Source: an uncultured Candidatus Saccharibacteria bacterium
Lineage (GTDB): Bacteria > Patescibacteriota > Saccharimonadia > Saccharimonadales > UBA10212
Length of the DNA stretch: 64,000 nt
Direction: 5' to 3'
Assembly: GCA_964460855.1 (NCBI GenBank)
Contig: CAYWQH010000003.1
Span: 617-64,616, forward strand
Shown here: piece after piece, positions 62,426 to 64,000 of the stretch
Layout: each line of letters starts with the position of its first letter
Numbering within the stretch: the first letter of the stretch is position 1
Made by a program: the position numbers and the translations under genes
The notes under the pieces: generated by a model
Databases searched by the model: none
What the model was told of the DNA's origin: nothing
Seen by the model: the letters and a program-made list of their open reading frames with translations, nothing else

Positions 62426-62950
62426 ATGGCTTTTATTTATATAACTGGAGCTCCGGGCGTTGGCAAATCTACGATCGAAAGAGAATTAAAGTCTCGAGGT
62501 TTAGAAGTATACGACTTGGACCATCCTGAATTAGGCGGCGCGCATAACAAGTCAACCGGCGAAAGAGTTAATATTCCGCCGGCCGAAGACCGAAAACCAG
62601 AATGGTTTGACGAACACGAGTGGCGCATAAACATCGATAAGATTAAGCGGCTTAAGCATAAAGCAGAGAATGAAGATATTTTCGTTTGTGGCGTAGCGCC
62701 TGACGACGAAAATATTTTGTCGATTTTCGATGAAATTTTTTATCTAAAATTAGATGAGAACGCTCTTAAAAATAGAGTAGCCAACCGAACCGATAATGAT
62801 TTCGGCCAAAATTCCGATGAACTCAGAACTATTTTGGAAAGAAACAATAAACTCAACAATCGATATTCTGAGCTAAACGCATATGTAGTCGACGCTAGCC
62901 TAACCCCGGAAGAAATCGCCGGCATAATAATTAAGCAAATGAAAGACTGA
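62426..62950 (+). CDS. P-loop kinase, tandem paralog 2
   Basis: MAFIYITGAPGVGKSTIERELKSRGLEVYDLD, then LKNRVANRTDNDFGQ. Confidence 0.8.
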   Translation: MAFIYITGAPGVGKSTIERELKSRGLEVYDLDHPELGGAHNKSTGERVNIPPAEDRKPEWFDEHEWRINIDKIKRLKHKAENEDIFVCGVAPDDENILSIFDEIFYLKLDENALKNRVANRTDNDFGQNSDELRTILERNNKLNNRYSELNAYVVDASLTPEEIAGIIIKQMKD

Positions 62951-62953
62951 TAA

Positions 62954-63487
62954 ATGGCGCTTATTTTCATAACCGGACTGGCTGGCTCGGGCAAATCTTA
63001 TCTCACTCTCGCACTTAGGGAGAAAGGTTATGAAGCATACGATACTGACGACGACGGTTTGGCACGCTGGCAACACAACGAAACCAGAATTATCCATCCG
63101 AAGTCTTCGGTAAAAGCGTATATGCGTACTCAGAAGTTTATTTCTGAACACAGCTGGAATGTACCGCGTGAGTATGTTGAGGAGCTGGCAGTAAAAGCAA
63201 AGGACAAACCGGTTTTTTTATTAGGCGTAATGGACAATGAAGAAGATCTAGGTGAGTTATTCGCTAAAAAATTCGCGCTTATCATAGATGAAAAAACACT
63301 TACTCATCGACTTAAAGCCAGAACAAATAACGATTGGGGCAAGCAACCGCACGAGTTGGAAAAAACCCTTACCGGCGCCAAAGCCGCTATTGAACGTTGG
63401 CAGTCCCTTGGATACACCGAAATTGAAGCCGCCCAATCGGCAGATCGGGTAATGGCGCAAATTATTGAAGCTGCTGAAGCGGCTTAA
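62954..63487 (+). CDS. P-loop kinase, tandem paralog 3
   Basis: MALIFITGLAGSGKSYLTLALREKGYEAYDTDDDG, then LTHRLKARTNNDWGK. Confidence 0.8.
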   Translation: MALIFITGLAGSGKSYLTLALREKGYEAYDTDDDGLARWQHNETRIIHPKSSVKAYMRTQKFISEHSWNVPREYVEELAVKAKDKPVFLLGVMDNEEDLGELFAKKFALIIDEKTLTHRLKARTNNDWGKQPHELEKTLTGAKAAIERWQSLGYTEIEAAQSADRVMAQIIEAAEAA

Positions 63488-63497
63488 GCGTTTTTAA

Positions 63498-63797
63498 TTA
63501 GTAAGTGCGGCGGAAACTGCGGCCGCCTTCGCTGTTGGGGCGCCGTTCTTCTTTGGGGCGGGCCTGGTTTACAACAATTGATCGTCCGCCGATTTCTTTG
63601 CCGTCCATCGCCTTAATGGCGTTTTGGGCTTCTTTTAAATCATCCATTTCTACAAAACCGAAGCCTTTTGATTGGCCGCTGAACTTGTCTTTTATAACAG
63701 ATGCGCTAACTACTTTGCCGAATTCGGCGAATAGCTGCTCAAGATCCTGGTCGTTGGTGCTGTAAGGCAGCCCGCCTACATATAATTTCATTGCCAT
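63498..63797 (-). CDS. RRM-type RNA-binding protein
   Basis: RNP-2 KLYVGGL and RNP-1 KGFGFVEM, with a Gly/Arg-rich tail. Confidence 0.9.
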   Translation of the reverse strand: MAMKLYVGGLPYSTNDQDLEQLFAEFGKVVSASVIKDKFSGQSKGFGFVEMDDLKEAQNAIKAMDGKEIGGRSIVVNQARPKEERRPNSEGGRSFRRTY

Positions 63798-63915
63798 AAT
63801 TTAGTCCTTCTTTCTAAGTTAATTCGCTTGCGCTAATATTGCTGCCCGCGAAGATTTTTAGCTGAACGACTAATAATGCAACGGAGAAGGGAATAATAAC
63901 CACTTGCTTGCTTAT

Positions 63916-63924
63916 ATTATAACA
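63916..63924 (-). promoter_or_regulatory. extended -10 element (TGtTATAAT on the minus strand) for the RRM gene
   Basis: The reverse complement of 63916-63924. It implies a ~110-120-nt 5' UTR. Confidence 0.4.
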
Positions 63925-64000
63925 TTTATAGGATATCTAAGGTGATTCATTAGGGTTATTGCCCCTTACAGGCGTATACTTATATACAGATGTATAGATT

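Noticed and set aside
1-64000. CRISPR arrays, rRNA genes, IS elements or transposases, integrases, and alternative genetic code (UGA recoding).
   Set aside because: I saw no regularly spaced direct repeats and no rRNA-like conserved blocks. No DDE, serine or tyrosine recombinase motifs were recognised. TGA, TAA and TAG all terminate well-supported genes (for example, hsdR ends in TGA), so the standard code fits.

Overview
This is a 64-kb chromosomal segment from a small-genome, Gram-positive-like bacterium. The gene content suggests a Patescibacteria/CPR (Saccharibacteria-like) genome, but I cannot verify that without a database. The supporting content is an rpmG / secE-nusG-rplKAJL string and a dnaX / ybaB-recR string that are both interrupted by extra genes, a GH15-GH57-glycogen-synthase operon, many GT4/GT2/GT-C envelope glycosylation genes, two VanY peptidases and three CCA-encoding tRNAs. 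The standard genetic code applies. The left ~9.3 kb is an accessory island: mobile-element-like genes, then a Type I R-M system whose methylase is fused to a half-size specificity subunit, then a translationally coupled gene with an HEPN-like Rx4H motif. A structured non-coding gap follows. The core region holds several things worth a second look. Two paralogous His-rich secreted peptides lie next to tRNA-Trp. A 10-kb archaeal-style glycosylation cluster contains a sharply AT-rich cassette. Two genes are inserted between nusG and rplK, one of them a 49-aa GC3-rich hydrophobic peptide on the opposite strand. A Tmk-like / double ThyX-like fusion with degenerate catalytic motifs and a GGDEF protein are wedged between rplA and rplJ. 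The rplJ leader shows a clear terminator/antiterminator pair. The window also contains an HD-CYTH fusion, an orphan tail-fibre-like beta-helix protein with a companion protein and a secreted hydrolase-like protein, and three tandem diverged P-loop kinases. No rRNA, CRISPR array, transposase or integrase was seen. All family assignments come from motif recognition by eye and need profile searches.
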